IMG/VR virus record: IMGVR_UViG_3300001346_000004
DNA length: 64,000 nt
Direction: 5' to 3' (one strand)
Source: an uncultured virus (IMG/VR IMGVR_UViG_3300001346_000004)
Lineage: Duplodnaviria; Heunggongvirae; Uroviricota; Caudoviricetes
Shown: positions 1 to 9,434 of the stretch, in pieces
How the letters are laid out: each line of letters begins with the position of its first letter
How positions within the stretch are numbered: the first letter of the stretch is position 1
The notes under the pieces: model-generated
Seen by the model: the letters and a program-made list of their open reading frames with translations, nothing else
What the model was told of the DNA's origin: nothing
The model's database searches: none
Position numbers and translations under genes: made by a program

Positions 1-2
1 TA

Positions 3-362
3 ACAGGCGGCGTTGGAGTTTCAGGAGCAATGTATGTAGGTGGAGATATATATTCATATGCATCTTCAGACAAAAGACTAAAAGAAAACCTTGAAAAAAT
101 TGATGGCAGTTTAGAAAAAATTGCAAAGATTTCAGGATACGAATATAACTGGAACAGTATTGCGCAAGAGATGCATCCAGAAAGAACAGAACGTGACTAC
201 GGGGTTGTTGCCCAAGAAGTACAAGAAGTTCTTCCATCAGCAGTAGTAGAAAGAGAAGATGGATATCTTGCTGTAAATTATGAGAGAATTATTCCACTGC
301 TAATAGAATCTATAAAAAGTTTAAAAGAAGAATTAGATATGATTAAACGAGGAGACGCATAA
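3..362 (+). CDS. C-terminal end of tail fibre with intramolecular chaperone (peptidase S74-like) domain; 5'-truncated by the window edge
   Basis: Frame is open from position 3 (TGGVGVSGAMYVGG...). Motifs SSDKRLKEN, YGVVAQEVQEVLP and LAVNYERIIPLLIESIK are typical of the S74 autocleaving chaperone. Confidence 0.85.
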   Translation, partial: TGGVGVSGAMYVGGDIYSYASSDKRLKENLEKIDGSLEKIAKISGYEYNWNSIAQEMHPERTERDYGVVAQEVQEVLPSAVVEREDGYLAVNYERIIPLLIESIKSLKEELDMIKRGDA

Positions 363-1189
363 TGCCAGTACAATTATCAGACAAAGGTATAGTTTATTCA
401 AACAATCAACATCAATGTAAAATTGCCGAAGGTTACGAATTTTATGTATATGACGGCGATTGGTGGACACCATGTAATGGCGGAAGATGTTGTAGTTGGT
501 CTGTACCAGCAGGAACTACATCAATTAAATTTGAAATACTATCAGGTGGAGGCCCAGGTGGCTCATCAGGTGGTGACTATGATAACGGAATTGGTGGACA
601 GGGCGGAAACTACGCTGTAAAAACACTACAAAAATCAGTACACGGATTTAGCGATGGCACATCATACACAATTTGTGCTGCTGGATCTTCAGCATGTAGT
701 TGTTGTTGTAGATGTAACGTAAACAACCGTCATGGTTGCAGAAGTTATGTTAATGGTACAGGTTTAAGTAATTTCTGTGCAACAGGCGGCATGGGCGGTC
801 CTACAGTTTGGGATAAATCTTCAAACTGTTATAACTGTCATATTGGTAACGTTCAGTGTAACAGAGGTTTATATAACAGTAGTTGGCAAGCAAATGCATG
901 TAACGAAGCAACTTATGGCGCTGATATGTCATTTAGAGGAACAGCAGGTTCAATGAACAGACAGTACAACTGTTGTGCTGATTACTTCTCGGTAGCAGGC
1001 GGCCCTTCAGGACCATTTGCAGCACCACACGGAGTAGGCGGCAAACACTGGTGTACAGGTAACTTGGCTTGTTGTTCAGCACACGCAGCATTTCCAGGCG
1101 GTGGTGGAGCAGGACACGGTACTGGTTCAAGTAATGCTTGTTGGGGATCATTCGGTGCAGGCGGATTAGTAAGAGTAACATACAGTTAA
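362..1189 (+). CDS. Gly/Cys-rich tail-fibre-associated protein
   Basis: WSVPAGTTSIKFEILSGGGPGG...GAGGLVRVTY glycine-rich architecture; 22 Cys; lies between a fibre gene and a fibre-assembly gene. Confidence 0.6.
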   Translation: MPVQLSDKGIVYSNNQHQCKIAEGYEFYVYDGDWWTPCNGGRCCSWSVPAGTTSIKFEILSGGGPGGSSGGDYDNGIGGQGGNYAVKTLQKSVHGFSDGTSYTICAAGSSACSCCCRCNVNNRHGCRSYVNGTGLSNFCATGGMGGPTVWDKSSNCYNCHIGNVQCNRGLYNSSWQANACNEATYGADMSFRGTAGSMNRQYNCCADYFSVAGGPSGPFAAPHGVGGKHWCTGNLACCSAHAAFPGGGGAGHGTGSSNACWGSFGAGGLVRVTYS

Positions 1190-1198
1190 GGATTAAAC

Positions 1199-1924
1199 AT
1201 GGCAAATATACAAAAAACACTAACTTACAGTTTACCAGATACTATGTATTCATCAACAACTGATCTGGGTAAAACTAGTACTATGCATTATAACGGTCCG
1301 GCAGAGATCGTACTATGGATTGATAAAGAAACAGGATACTTAGAACAGTGTCATTCACATGAAGAAGAGCCTGATTGTCCACTTCCACAAAACCTAAGAA
1401 GAGAAATATTAAAGGCAGATACTGATGTTAACACAATTAAAATTGCTTTATTGTGGGGCGGTATAGAAGAACCAAAAGTATACGAAGTAGCAGTTGGTCC
1501 TAGTGATCAACCAAACGCTATCATTCCTGATCCTACACACATTTGTGAAGTTTATAACGAATATGCATTATACGATGATTATAAAAAACCTTTAGAATGG
1601 GCACCGATGGATAGAGCAGCCTATGTTGAAGGTTGGGATTTCTTAAGACAAGAAAGAAATCTGCGATTAGCAAACACCGATGGCAAACTAGCAGAAGATA
1701 TGCCAGACTCATTAAAAACTCAATGGCGAGAATATAGACAAAAACTAAGAGATATGCCAGTAACGTGGGATGGAGTTCCTGGAAATTTGGTAAGATTTCC
1801 ATTAGCACCTGACGATGCTCCTGATCCAAACTTTAATGATGAAAATGTTAGAGTTACAATGATCGCTGAAAGAACTAGTGACGATGATGATGCTATTAGC
1901 ATGCTTCCAAACGGTGTAAATTAA
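1199..1924 (+). CDS. Tail fibre assembly chaperone-like protein
   Basis: C-terminal motif WDFLRQERNLRLANTD...WREYRQKLRDMP resembles phage tail assembly chaperones. Confidence 0.7.
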   Translation: MANIQKTLTYSLPDTMYSSTTDLGKTSTMHYNGPAEIVLWIDKETGYLEQCHSHEEEPDCPLPQNLRREILKADTDVNTIKIALLWGGIEEPKVYEVAVGPSDQPNAIIPDPTHICEVYNEYALYDDYKKPLEWAPMDRAAYVEGWDFLRQERNLRLANTDGKLAEDMPDSLKTQWREYRQKLRDMPVTWDGVPGNLVRFPLAPDDAPDPNFNDENVRVTMIAERTSDDDDAISMLPNGVN

Positions 1925-2003
1925 ACTATTCACATTACTACCTTAGCATAAATCTATAAAATAAATATTATAACTACAGCATTTAGCAAAGGTTATAATA
2001 TTA

Positions 2004-2936
2004 ATGAAAAAAGCATTCTTTATTAACGGTGGCGCAGGTCGCGTTCTTTGTGCGATTCCAGCACTAGAATATCATTTAAAAAATATAGATCCAACAGCAC
2101 CTATTATTGTAGAAGGTTGGATTGATTTATATCTTACTAGCAAAATATTAGTAAACAATACCTTTCCTGCTAATGATCCTAATCTTTTTGACAAATTGAA
2201 AGATAGAGAAATCATTACACCTGAACCTTACAAACTTAATGCGTATTTTACTCAACGAGCCAATCTAGTTCAATCCTTTGACATGTTGATTAACTATGAT
2301 TATCCACCTGAAACAATTCCAGAAACAAAAGAATATAACGAACTCTTTGTAGGAAAAAAAGATATTGCAACAGGAGAAGAGCTAGTAGCAGAAGCAAAAA
2401 GACATTTCAAAAAAGATAAAGTTATAATATTTCAACCATTTGGATCTACTGCTACAATACATGGCGGTGTAATTGTTGATGAAAGCGGCAGGTCGTTTGA
2501 AGTAGATGATATTATAGACTTACTTGAAGAATTGAATAAAGATTATGCTGTCATACTAATGAGCTCTATGAAAATACCAACTGATAAAAATCTTAATGTA
2601 ATGTTTCCAGAAGAAGTAAGTTTATTACAATGGACTGCAATTATCAATGCTGCGGATTATTTCTTAGGTTGTGATTCAGTAGGACAACATGTTGTTCACG
2701 CTCTTAAAAAACCTGGCACAGTAGTTATAGGTAGTACATTTCCTGAAAACATTTCCTATCCGGAAAGCACTACACTAAAAATTATAGACAACGGAATAGG
2801 TGAAAGAAAATATTCTCCTTTAAGAGTAGCAATAGATATTAGGATTGATAGACAGAATGAAAACTTAATGAAACTGAGCTCAGACACTAAGAAAAAAATT
2901 GTAAAACAAATTAAAGATACTTTAGGAAAACAATAA
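2004..2936 (+). CDS. GT-B glycosyltransferase, GT9/heptosyltransferase-like
   Basis: GGAGRVLCAIPAL N-terminus, IIFQPFGS, and AIINAADYFLGCDSVGQHVVHALKKPGTVVIGST resemble the GT9 C-terminal signature. Confidence 0.65.
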   Translation: MKKAFFINGGAGRVLCAIPALEYHLKNIDPTAPIIVEGWIDLYLTSKILVNNTFPANDPNLFDKLKDREIITPEPYKLNAYFTQRANLVQSFDMLINYDYPPETIPETKEYNELFVGKKDIATGEELVAEAKRHFKKDKVIIFQPFGSTATIHGGVIVDESGRSFEVDDIIDLLEELNKDYAVILMSSMKIPTDKNLNVMFPEEVSLLQWTAIINAADYFLGCDSVGQHVVHALKKPGTVVIGSTFPENISYPESTTLKIIDNGIGERKYSPLRVAIDIRIDRQNENLMKLSSDTKKKIVKQIKDTLGKQ

Positions 2937-4762
2937 TGAGAAAAACAGGCTACATTGCAGGAATTGCTAGAGGGCACAATGCAGGTGTTTGTCTTTTAAA
3001 AGACGGCGAAATTGTATTTGCAATTGAAGAAGAAAGATTATCCCGTTACAAATACGACGGAGGACCTCTTGCAAGTATGATTAAAATTTTAGATTATACA
3101 GATAAGATTGATTATCTTGCAATATCTCATACGCAAGACGCAGACGAACCTCTAAACGATTACGTCCGTCAAGATGTATATACTGCACTTGCTAGAAAAT
3201 TAAGATTAATTGAAGACCCTGAAACACAGGTTGTTAAATATCATGCGCAACATCACAGAAGTCATGCTGCACTAGCATTTTATAGATCAGGATTTGAAAA
3301 GGCAAGTGCTATAATTGTTGATGGAGCAGGAACATTTGTAGAACGACCAGATGGACAAACTATGTTTGAGGTTGAAAGTATATACGATTGCGCATATCCT
3401 GCAACGTTTACAGAAATTTATAAGCATTTTGGAGGAAACGGGCCTTGGAGAACTGAGCACTATAATGCCGACGGTAGTGCTACAGAAGTAATGATAAACG
3501 ATAAAGCAGGTATTGTTAAAGCATACGAAGCAGTAACTAGATTTTGCGGATTTGATTCAATTGAAGCCGGTAAAACAATGGGACTATTTCCATATGGTGA
3601 ACCAAACAAAGCACCTAAGATTTACACTAATGCTTTTGGTGGCAACAAAGATTTATTTACTTGTACATATCCTAATGGAGCATGGGTAGATGAATCTGAA
3701 TTTCCAGAGATTAGAGATAGAATATATGATCCGAGTGATATAATTCGATCTGCTAAAGATCCAGACAACCAAGATGAACAAGACAGAATTCAAGAACTGC
3801 TTAGAAAATCTGACAGAGAAGATGTTACACTACTTCCATCACGCAGAAACATGGCATATAATGTTCAAGTAGAATCTCAACAACTAGTACTTGATTTAAT
3901 ATTAAAATCAATTGAACGCACTGGTAATAAAAATATTGTTATCAGCGGCGGCTATGCTTTAAATTGTGTTGCTAATTATTTCTTTTTAAAACATTTACCA
4001 GAAGGTGTAAAAATATATGTAGAACCTGTTAGCAATGATGCAGGTACTGCAATGGGCGCAGCATTTTATCATTATTATCTTACATCTCAAGATAACAAAT
4101 TAAGAACTAAAGATGAAAACTTATTTTTAGGACCAGTACAAAATATTACTGAAGATATAATTAGAGAAACTGCAAAGAAATACAATGGTAATGTAACAAC
4201 AGATGTAGATTATAAACAAGTTATAGATACTATTAGAAACAAAAATATTGTAGCACTATATCAAGAAAGAGGAGAAAGCGGTCCTCGTGCATTAGGTAAT
4301 CGTTCTTTAATGTATGACCCAACAGATCCAAACGGCAAAGATTTTGTTAACTTGGTTAAGAAGCGTGAATATTTTAGACCGTTTGCTGCAACTGTATTAC
4401 AGGATGATGTACATGATTGGTTTGATTTACGTGGGATGGAAGATTCACCTAGTATGATGTATGCTGTCAATTGTCAGCCTGGCGTAAAAGAAAAAATACC
4501 AGCAGTTATACACGTAGACGATACATGTAGAATACAAACAGTTACTAAAGAACAAAACAAACATTGGTACAATTTGATTAAAGAATTTAAAAACCAAACA
4601 GGAGTACCTGCATTGTTTAATACTAGTTTTAATTTAGGCGGCGAGCCACTAGTTGAAACTATTGACGATGCTATGCGTACTCTTTATAATTCAGGAATAA
4701 ATTATATCTATTTTCCTGCAACGAAAATGCTAGTAAATATAGATCATAATGAAAGGCAGTAA
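2936..4762 (+). CDS. Carbamoyltransferase (NodU/CmcH/TobZ family)
   Basis: GHNAGV..AIEEERLSRYK, HHRSHA, VDGAG, GGYALNCVAN, ESGPRALGNRS, KKREYFRPFA, NTSFNLGGEPLVE. Confidence 0.93.
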   Translation: MRKTGYIAGIARGHNAGVCLLKDGEIVFAIEEERLSRYKYDGGPLASMIKILDYTDKIDYLAISHTQDADEPLNDYVRQDVYTALARKLRLIEDPETQVVKYHAQHHRSHAALAFYRSGFEKASAIIVDGAGTFVERPDGQTMFEVESIYDCAYPATFTEIYKHFGGNGPWRTEHYNADGSATEVMINDKAGIVKAYEAVTRFCGFDSIEAGKTMGLFPYGEPNKAPKIYTNAFGGNKDLFTCTYPNGAWVDESEFPEIRDRIYDPSDIIRSAKDPDNQDEQDRIQELLRKSDREDVTLLPSRRNMAYNVQVESQQLVLDLILKSIERTGNKNIVISGGYALNCVANYFFLKHLPEGVKIYVEPVSNDAGTAMGAAFYHYYLTSQDNKLRTKDENLFLGPVQNITEDIIRETAKKYNGNVTTDVDYKQVIDTIRNKNIVALYQERGESGPRALGNRSLMYDPTDPNGKDFVNLVKKREYFRPFAATVLQDDVHDWFDLRGMEDSPSMMYAVNCQPGVKEKIPAVIHVDDTCRIQTVTKEQNKHWYNLIKEFKNQTGVPALFNTSFNLGGEPLVETIDDAMRTLYNSGINYIYFPATKMLVNIDHNERQ

Positions 4763-4764
4763 CT

Positions 4765-5385
4765 ATGGATGTCGAAGGACAAATTTTTCAATTATTTCCA
4801 ACACCTCTATATACCTATAAATTAGAAAACCAAGCATATACAGATGTGCAAAACGAATTACAGCCTATAGTTGATAAACTATATAACGAAGGAAGTTGGG
4901 GACAAAATCCAAATTGGGGTTCATCTTCACAATATCTATCTAACCAAGGCGACTTTTTTGAGCATTTATTGCAATTAGAAAATATGAAAACAACTGGTGA
5001 AACTATTATGCACCACTGTGTAAATTATATGGCAGCAATGAATGTCCAACCTGCCTACAAAGCAGCGATGACTTCTTCATGGTTAACTTTAAACAAGCCT
5101 GGACTTTCCTCGCATATTCATGATCATGGTAATGCCCATATTAGTGGAGTATATTGGTTTAAAACTAGTGGAGATGACGGAGATATTGTTTTTAGAAATA
5201 CACTGAAAGCGTTAAAATGCAATCCTATTGGAAGTTCTATTGCACATGAAAATTCTTTTTCGCCTGAGCAAGGTAGACTAATTTTGTTTCCAGGATTTTT
5301 AGACCACAGTGTTAATGAAAACAAAACTAACGGAGATAGAATTAGTATGTCTTTTAATATCTTGTTAGAAACAGGCGCAGTATAA
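4765..5385 (+). CDS. 2OG-Fe(II) oxygenase-like protein
   Basis: LFPTP N-terminus, HxH (HIHDH), ISGVYW, LILFPGFLDHSV, RISMSFN. Confidence 0.85.
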   Translation: MDVEGQIFQLFPTPLYTYKLENQAYTDVQNELQPIVDKLYNEGSWGQNPNWGSSSQYLSNQGDFFEHLLQLENMKTTGETIMHHCVNYMAAMNVQPAYKAAMTSSWLTLNKPGLSSHIHDHGNAHISGVYWFKTSGDDGDIVFRNTLKALKCNPIGSSIAHENSFSPEQGRLILFPGFLDHSVNENKTNGDRISMSFNILLETGAV

Positions 5386-6119
5386 TGTTGCATATTTTTG
5401 GAGATAGTTTTTCAATCCCCCAGAACCATATGGACGAAGTATTTGGTCCAGATAAGACTGAAGTAACATATCTACCTTTAGAAAAAAGTTGGACAACTAT
5501 AGTAAGTGATGCTATAAGTAACGATCCTCATACTAACTATGCTATTTTAGGCTGCTCTAATGATTACATTTATCAGCAATTACGTGAAAAAGAATTGTTG
5601 TTCAAATCAGGAGACTGTGTTATAATACAATTAACTAATTTATATAGAGAATGGTTCTTTGAAAATAAACCATATATGGCTGTTCATATGGCAACACAAA
5701 TGACTCCAGGTGTAGATATTACTGAACAAGAGTATGCTGCATTAGAAATGTATAAACGACATTTATATTCAGAAAGGCGCCTCATTTTGCATTATCATAC
5801 ACTACTTGATGCATTAACTCTTAGAACAAAATTATATGGAGAACAAAATATTAAGTGCTTAATTTTACCAGGCTTTCACAATATTCAAGGTATAGAAGGG
5901 AATTTGTGTGAAGCATCCGGATCAGAATTTGACAATGAAAAAACTTCTATAGCATACCATGAAAAAACCGGTGACAATAGATTTAATCATTTTTCTGAAG
6001 TTAATCATAAAATTTTAGCAAGTAAAATAATTAATTTTTTTAATACAGGCGAAAGTATTGACTTAACATCTGGATTTAAAACTAGTATAATGACAAAGGA
6101 AATATTAGAAACATGTTAA
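5385..6119 (+). CDS. Hypothetical protein, SGNH/GDSL-like motifs
   Basis: IFGDSFS N-terminal motif, GCSN, and C-terminal NHFSEVNH. Confidence 0.5.
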   Translation: MLHIFGDSFSIPQNHMDEVFGPDKTEVTYLPLEKSWTTIVSDAISNDPHTNYAILGCSNDYIYQQLREKELLFKSGDCVIIQLTNLYREWFFENKPYMAVHMATQMTPGVDITEQEYAALEMYKRHLYSERRLILHYHTLLDALTLRTKLYGEQNIKCLILPGFHNIQGIEGNLCEASGSEFDNEKTSIAYHEKTGDNRFNHFSEVNHKILASKIINFFNTGESIDLTSGFKTSIMTKEILETC

Positions 6120-6727
6120 AACTTTCACTTGAAGGATATCCAGTTGGTATAAAAGAATTAGAACCACAGGATCTTAAAAGTTTACAGGATTATTACCTAC
6201 CGTTAATTTTAGATGGAAGTAATACAGGAAGTTCTAATAATGCTAGTAAAATTTCTAAGAATCTATCTCAACGTTGGGACGATTCAGATTTTTTTAAAAA
6301 ATGGAATGATACATTACTACCATCACCTTATATACAAGATTATATTGATTCATATTTGTTTAAATTTCCTTATAGTGTAGACATAGAGACTTGGTATAAC
6401 GTACATGAGCAACACGATCATCAACAATTACATGATCATATTACAACTAACGTGCCAGCGTTTTCTTGTGTTGTAATTTTAAAACAGCCTAGTCCAGAAG
6501 CAGGACAATTTGTTTTTAGGACACCTAACTTATCAAACCATTTAAAGTATTTAGAATTAGATCCTATGAATGATTATCCTAATGCTTTCTACCCTGAAAT
6601 GAAAGAAGGATTATTACTAATGTTTCCTTCTTGTTTAGAACACTATGTACATTTTAATCAAACATCTGAACCTAGAGTTGTGTTTTCATCAAATATAATT
6701 GTTAAAAGAAAAGGTAACTTATACTAA
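6113..6727 (+). CDS. 2OG-Fe(II) oxygenase-like protein
   Basis: WYNVH..QQLHDH, FSCVVIL, LLMFPSCLEHYV, RVVFSSN. Confidence 0.8.
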   Translation: MLKLSLEGYPVGIKELEPQDLKSLQDYYLPLILDGSNTGSSNNASKISKNLSQRWDDSDFFKKWNDTLLPSPYIQDYIDSYLFKFPYSVDIETWYNVHEQHDHQQLHDHITTNVPAFSCVVILKQPSPEAGQFVFRTPNLSNHLKYLELDPMNDYPNAFYPEMKEGLLLMFPSCLEHYVHFNQTSEPRVVFSSNIIVKRKGNLY

Positions 6728-7257
6728 TGGATGATATTATTCCGTTTCCTATTACTGTAAGACCATTTAAGGAACACAATCAACTAAAACAGCAAGTACT
6801 AGATGCTATTCATGCACAAGAAAATGCAGAACATATGACTGCACCCGACAGTGATATTGTTAAATGTGATTGGAATACTGCAAGATATGATGGAGATAGA
6901 GAGTGGTTGAAACTAATAAATCCTTCTCTTTCTACGCACATTAATAAGTGGTGTGAAGAAATGGGATATAAAACATTTGGCATTACTGAAATTTGGTTTC
7001 AACAATATGCAAAAGGCGGCAAGCACGCATGGCATACACACAGTAACAACTTTACAAATGTTTATTACGTAAACTTGCCAGAAGATGCACAAACAGAATG
7101 GATTAATCCGTTAACTAAAGATACACATACATTTGACGTACACGAAGGAGATATAGTTACATTTCCTAGTTGGGTTATACATAGAGCTCCTGTTAATAAT
7201 ACAGAAGAAACAAAAACAATTATTTCATGGAACATGGATATATCAATAGATGAATAA
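6727..7257 (+). CDS. 2OG-Fe(II) oxygenase-like protein
   Basis: WFQQY..HAWHTH, NVYYV, EGDIVTFPSWVIHRA, KTIISWN. Confidence 0.8.
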   Translation: MDDIIPFPITVRPFKEHNQLKQQVLDAIHAQENAEHMTAPDSDIVKCDWNTARYDGDREWLKLINPSLSTHINKWCEEMGYKTFGITEIWFQQYAKGGKHAWHTHSNNFTNVYYVNLPEDAQTEWINPLTKDTHTFDVHEGDIVTFPSWVIHRAPVNNTEETKTIISWNMDISIDE

Positions 7258-7873
7258 TATTACTATAGGATTAGATAGAGACGGAACAATAAACGAAGAT
7301 CTTGGAACTTATGTTACTCATCCTATGCAATTTAAACCTATAGAAAATAGTATAGAAGCGGTAACACTTCTTAGAAAAAAAGGTTACAATATTGTTGTAC
7401 TAACTAATCAAGCCGGAGTTAGTAAAGGTATAATGACTACTGAAGAAGTTGCTGTTGTACATGATTACATGCTTAATTTACTAGGAGAAGCAGGTTGTGA
7501 TAGCATAGATGGAATTTACTATAGTCATACAAGCCAGAAGAACGATATGTTTGCTAAACCAAATATTGGTATGTTTAAAAAAGCAGAATCTGAATGCAAC
7601 TTAAAATTTAAAGGCGGATTTTATGTTGGAGATAAATTAACAGATTTAAAAGCAGCAGAAAAAATAGGAGCAACACCTATATTAGTTCGTACCGGGTATG
7701 GAGAAGAAACAGAAAAAAAGTTAAAGAAATTTACCTACAAAAACCTTGCAAGAAAAGTTATGGTGTTTGATAACTTGTGGGCATTTGCTAGTTCTTTACC
7801 AGATCCTGAAATAGAAAATGCAGCATGTAAAGAAATTACATCGTCTGCAGGTATAAAAGCATCTTTTGTTTAG
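7250..7873 (+). CDS. gmhB: D,D-heptose 1,7-bisphosphate phosphatase (HAD family)
   Basis: LDRDGTIN, VLTNQAGV, AKPNIGM, YVGDKLTDLKAA, ILVRTGYG. Confidence 0.88.
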   Translation: MNNITIGLDRDGTINEDLGTYVTHPMQFKPIENSIEAVTLLRKKGYNIVVLTNQAGVSKGIMTTEEVAVVHDYMLNLLGEAGCDSIDGIYYSHTSQKNDMFAKPNIGMFKKAESECNLKFKGGFYVGDKLTDLKAAEKIGATPILVRTGYGEETEKKLKKFTYKNLARKVMVFDNLWAFASSLPDPEIENAACKEITSSAGIKASFV

Positions 7874-8682
7874 ACACCTTCAATATATTCTTTTACAGTT
7901 TTAAACTGTATATCAAAAATATTTAGTAACTTAGTTATATCTGCACAGGTATATTCTTGATATTGCCCTTGTAATTCCTCTGGCATTGGAATATACTTTA
8001 TATCTGCATTATATTTTTTTGCAATTATTTCTGCAACTGTTTGGAAACTAGTTGCAGAGCCTGTACCAATATTGTACAAGCCAGACTTTTTAACATGCAG
8101 CATCATTTGCTCATGTATGTCACACACATCGCCTACAAAGATAAAATCTCTTAGGTACTTGTCACTGTTTTCAAACAAAGTAATAACACCTTCTTCCTTT
8201 GCTTGTTTTGTAAACTTTGTTACAGGACTTGCCTGTGTGCCCTTGTGTTCTTCTCTAGGTCCGTATACATTAAAATATCTCATACCCTGTACACATACGT
8301 TATGTTTTTGCTGCAATATCCATCTATCAAATAGATACTTGCTCCAAGCATAAGGGCTCTGAGGTTGTTTAGGATCATCTTCTCCAAACTTTTCATATGG
8401 TCCATATACACTTGCACTAGATGCATATTGAAAATTTACACCTTTAGAATTACATTCTTTGAATATCCATTTAGAAAATTCATAGTTTTGTAACATAATC
8501 TTGTCAACATCTCTTTCTGTAGTATCTGATATTGCTCCTAGATGTATTACCCAATCATATCCGTCAATACAAGGTTTATGATTTTCATTATAATCATAGC
8601 CATGAACTTCGTGTTCTGTTTTTAGTTTATCAATTAGATGTCTTCCAATAAACCCAGTATCTCCTGTAACTAATATTATCAT
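7870..8682 (-). CDS. hldD: ADP-L-glycero-D-manno-heptose 6-epimerase
   Basis: VTGDTGFIG, HLGAISDTTE, YASSASVYG, YAWSK, RYFNVYGPREEHKG, RDFIFVGDV, YQEYTCADITKL. Confidence 0.9.
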   Translation of the reverse strand: MIILVTGDTGFIGRHLIDKLKTEHEVHGYDYNENHKPCIDGYDWVIHLGAISDTTERDVDKIMLQNYEFSKWIFKECNSKGVNFQYASSASVYGPYEKFGEDDPKQPQSPYAWSKYLFDRWILQQKHNVCVQGMRYFNVYGPREEHKGTQASPVTKFTKQAKEEGVITLFENSDKYLRDFIFVGDVCDIHEQMMLHVKKSGLYNIGTGSATSFQTVAEIIAKKYNADIKYIPMPEELQGQYQEYTCADITKLLNIFDIQFKTVKEYIEGV

Positions 8683-9434
8683 ATTTGTTTTAAATCCTCT
8701 TCTGTAAGCACGTATACTCCGCTATGCTGTACAGATAGTGCAGCGGCATTGTTAGCGTGCATAATTGACTGTTCAATGTTGTTGCAGTTTAAATATGAAT
8801 ATGCAAGCACAGATAAAAATGTATCACCGGCACCGCATACATCGTGAACTTCAACTACAGGTGCATTATAAGTATTACCTTTGTATGTAGCACCTTGTTT
8901 ACCTTTTGTTACTATTAAATCGCTACAAAAGGTTTTTGCACGATTATATTCAAGATCGTTTATTTTAAGTATGCAGCCTTCAAATTTATCAAGATAAAGT
9001 TTTTTAGTATCAACAAATACAGGTCCTTTAAATTTACTACGTAGACTTATAATTAAATCTTCAGTTACAAATCCTTTGTTATAGTCACTTATTATTATAG
9101 CATCATAGTCTAAATTATGAAATTCAACGTTGCAAGATTTGACTTTGTCTTCTTTGTCAACTCTTATTAAATGCTGTCCTGATCTGTAATCAATATATCT
9201 TGATTTAGTTATTTGTTCTTTGTTGGTAACAAACTCTACATCGCACCCAAATGCTAATAAGTTTTCATTAACATTAGCAGCCATGCCAGGATTTGTTTTT
9301 GTATTTTTATATTGAAATACAGGAACGGGTGCTTCGGGACTTATACGATCGGTACTACCATAATGGTACTCGTCAGTACAACTATCCCCGATTAATAATA
9401 TCTTGTAATTTTTTTGTTGTTGAATAACCATCAT
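8679..9434 (-). CDS. hldA: Heptose-7-phosphate kinase (HldA / RfaE domain I, PfkB family)
   Basis: IGDSCTDEY, RISPEAPVPV, GMAANV, ISDYNKG, DVCGAGDTF. Confidence 0.88.
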   Translation of the reverse strand: MMVIQQQKNYKILLIGDSCTDEYHYGSTDRISPEAPVPVFQYKNTKTNPGMAANVNENLLAFGCDVEFVTNKEQITKSRYIDYRSGQHLIRVDKEDKVKSCNVEFHNLDYDAIIISDYNKGFVTEDLIISLRSKFKGPVFVDTKKLYLDKFEGCILKINDLEYNRAKTFCSDLIVTKGKQGATYKGNTYNAPVVEVHDVCGAGDTFLSVLAYSYLNCNNIEQSIMHANNAAALSVQHSGVYVLTEEDLKQI

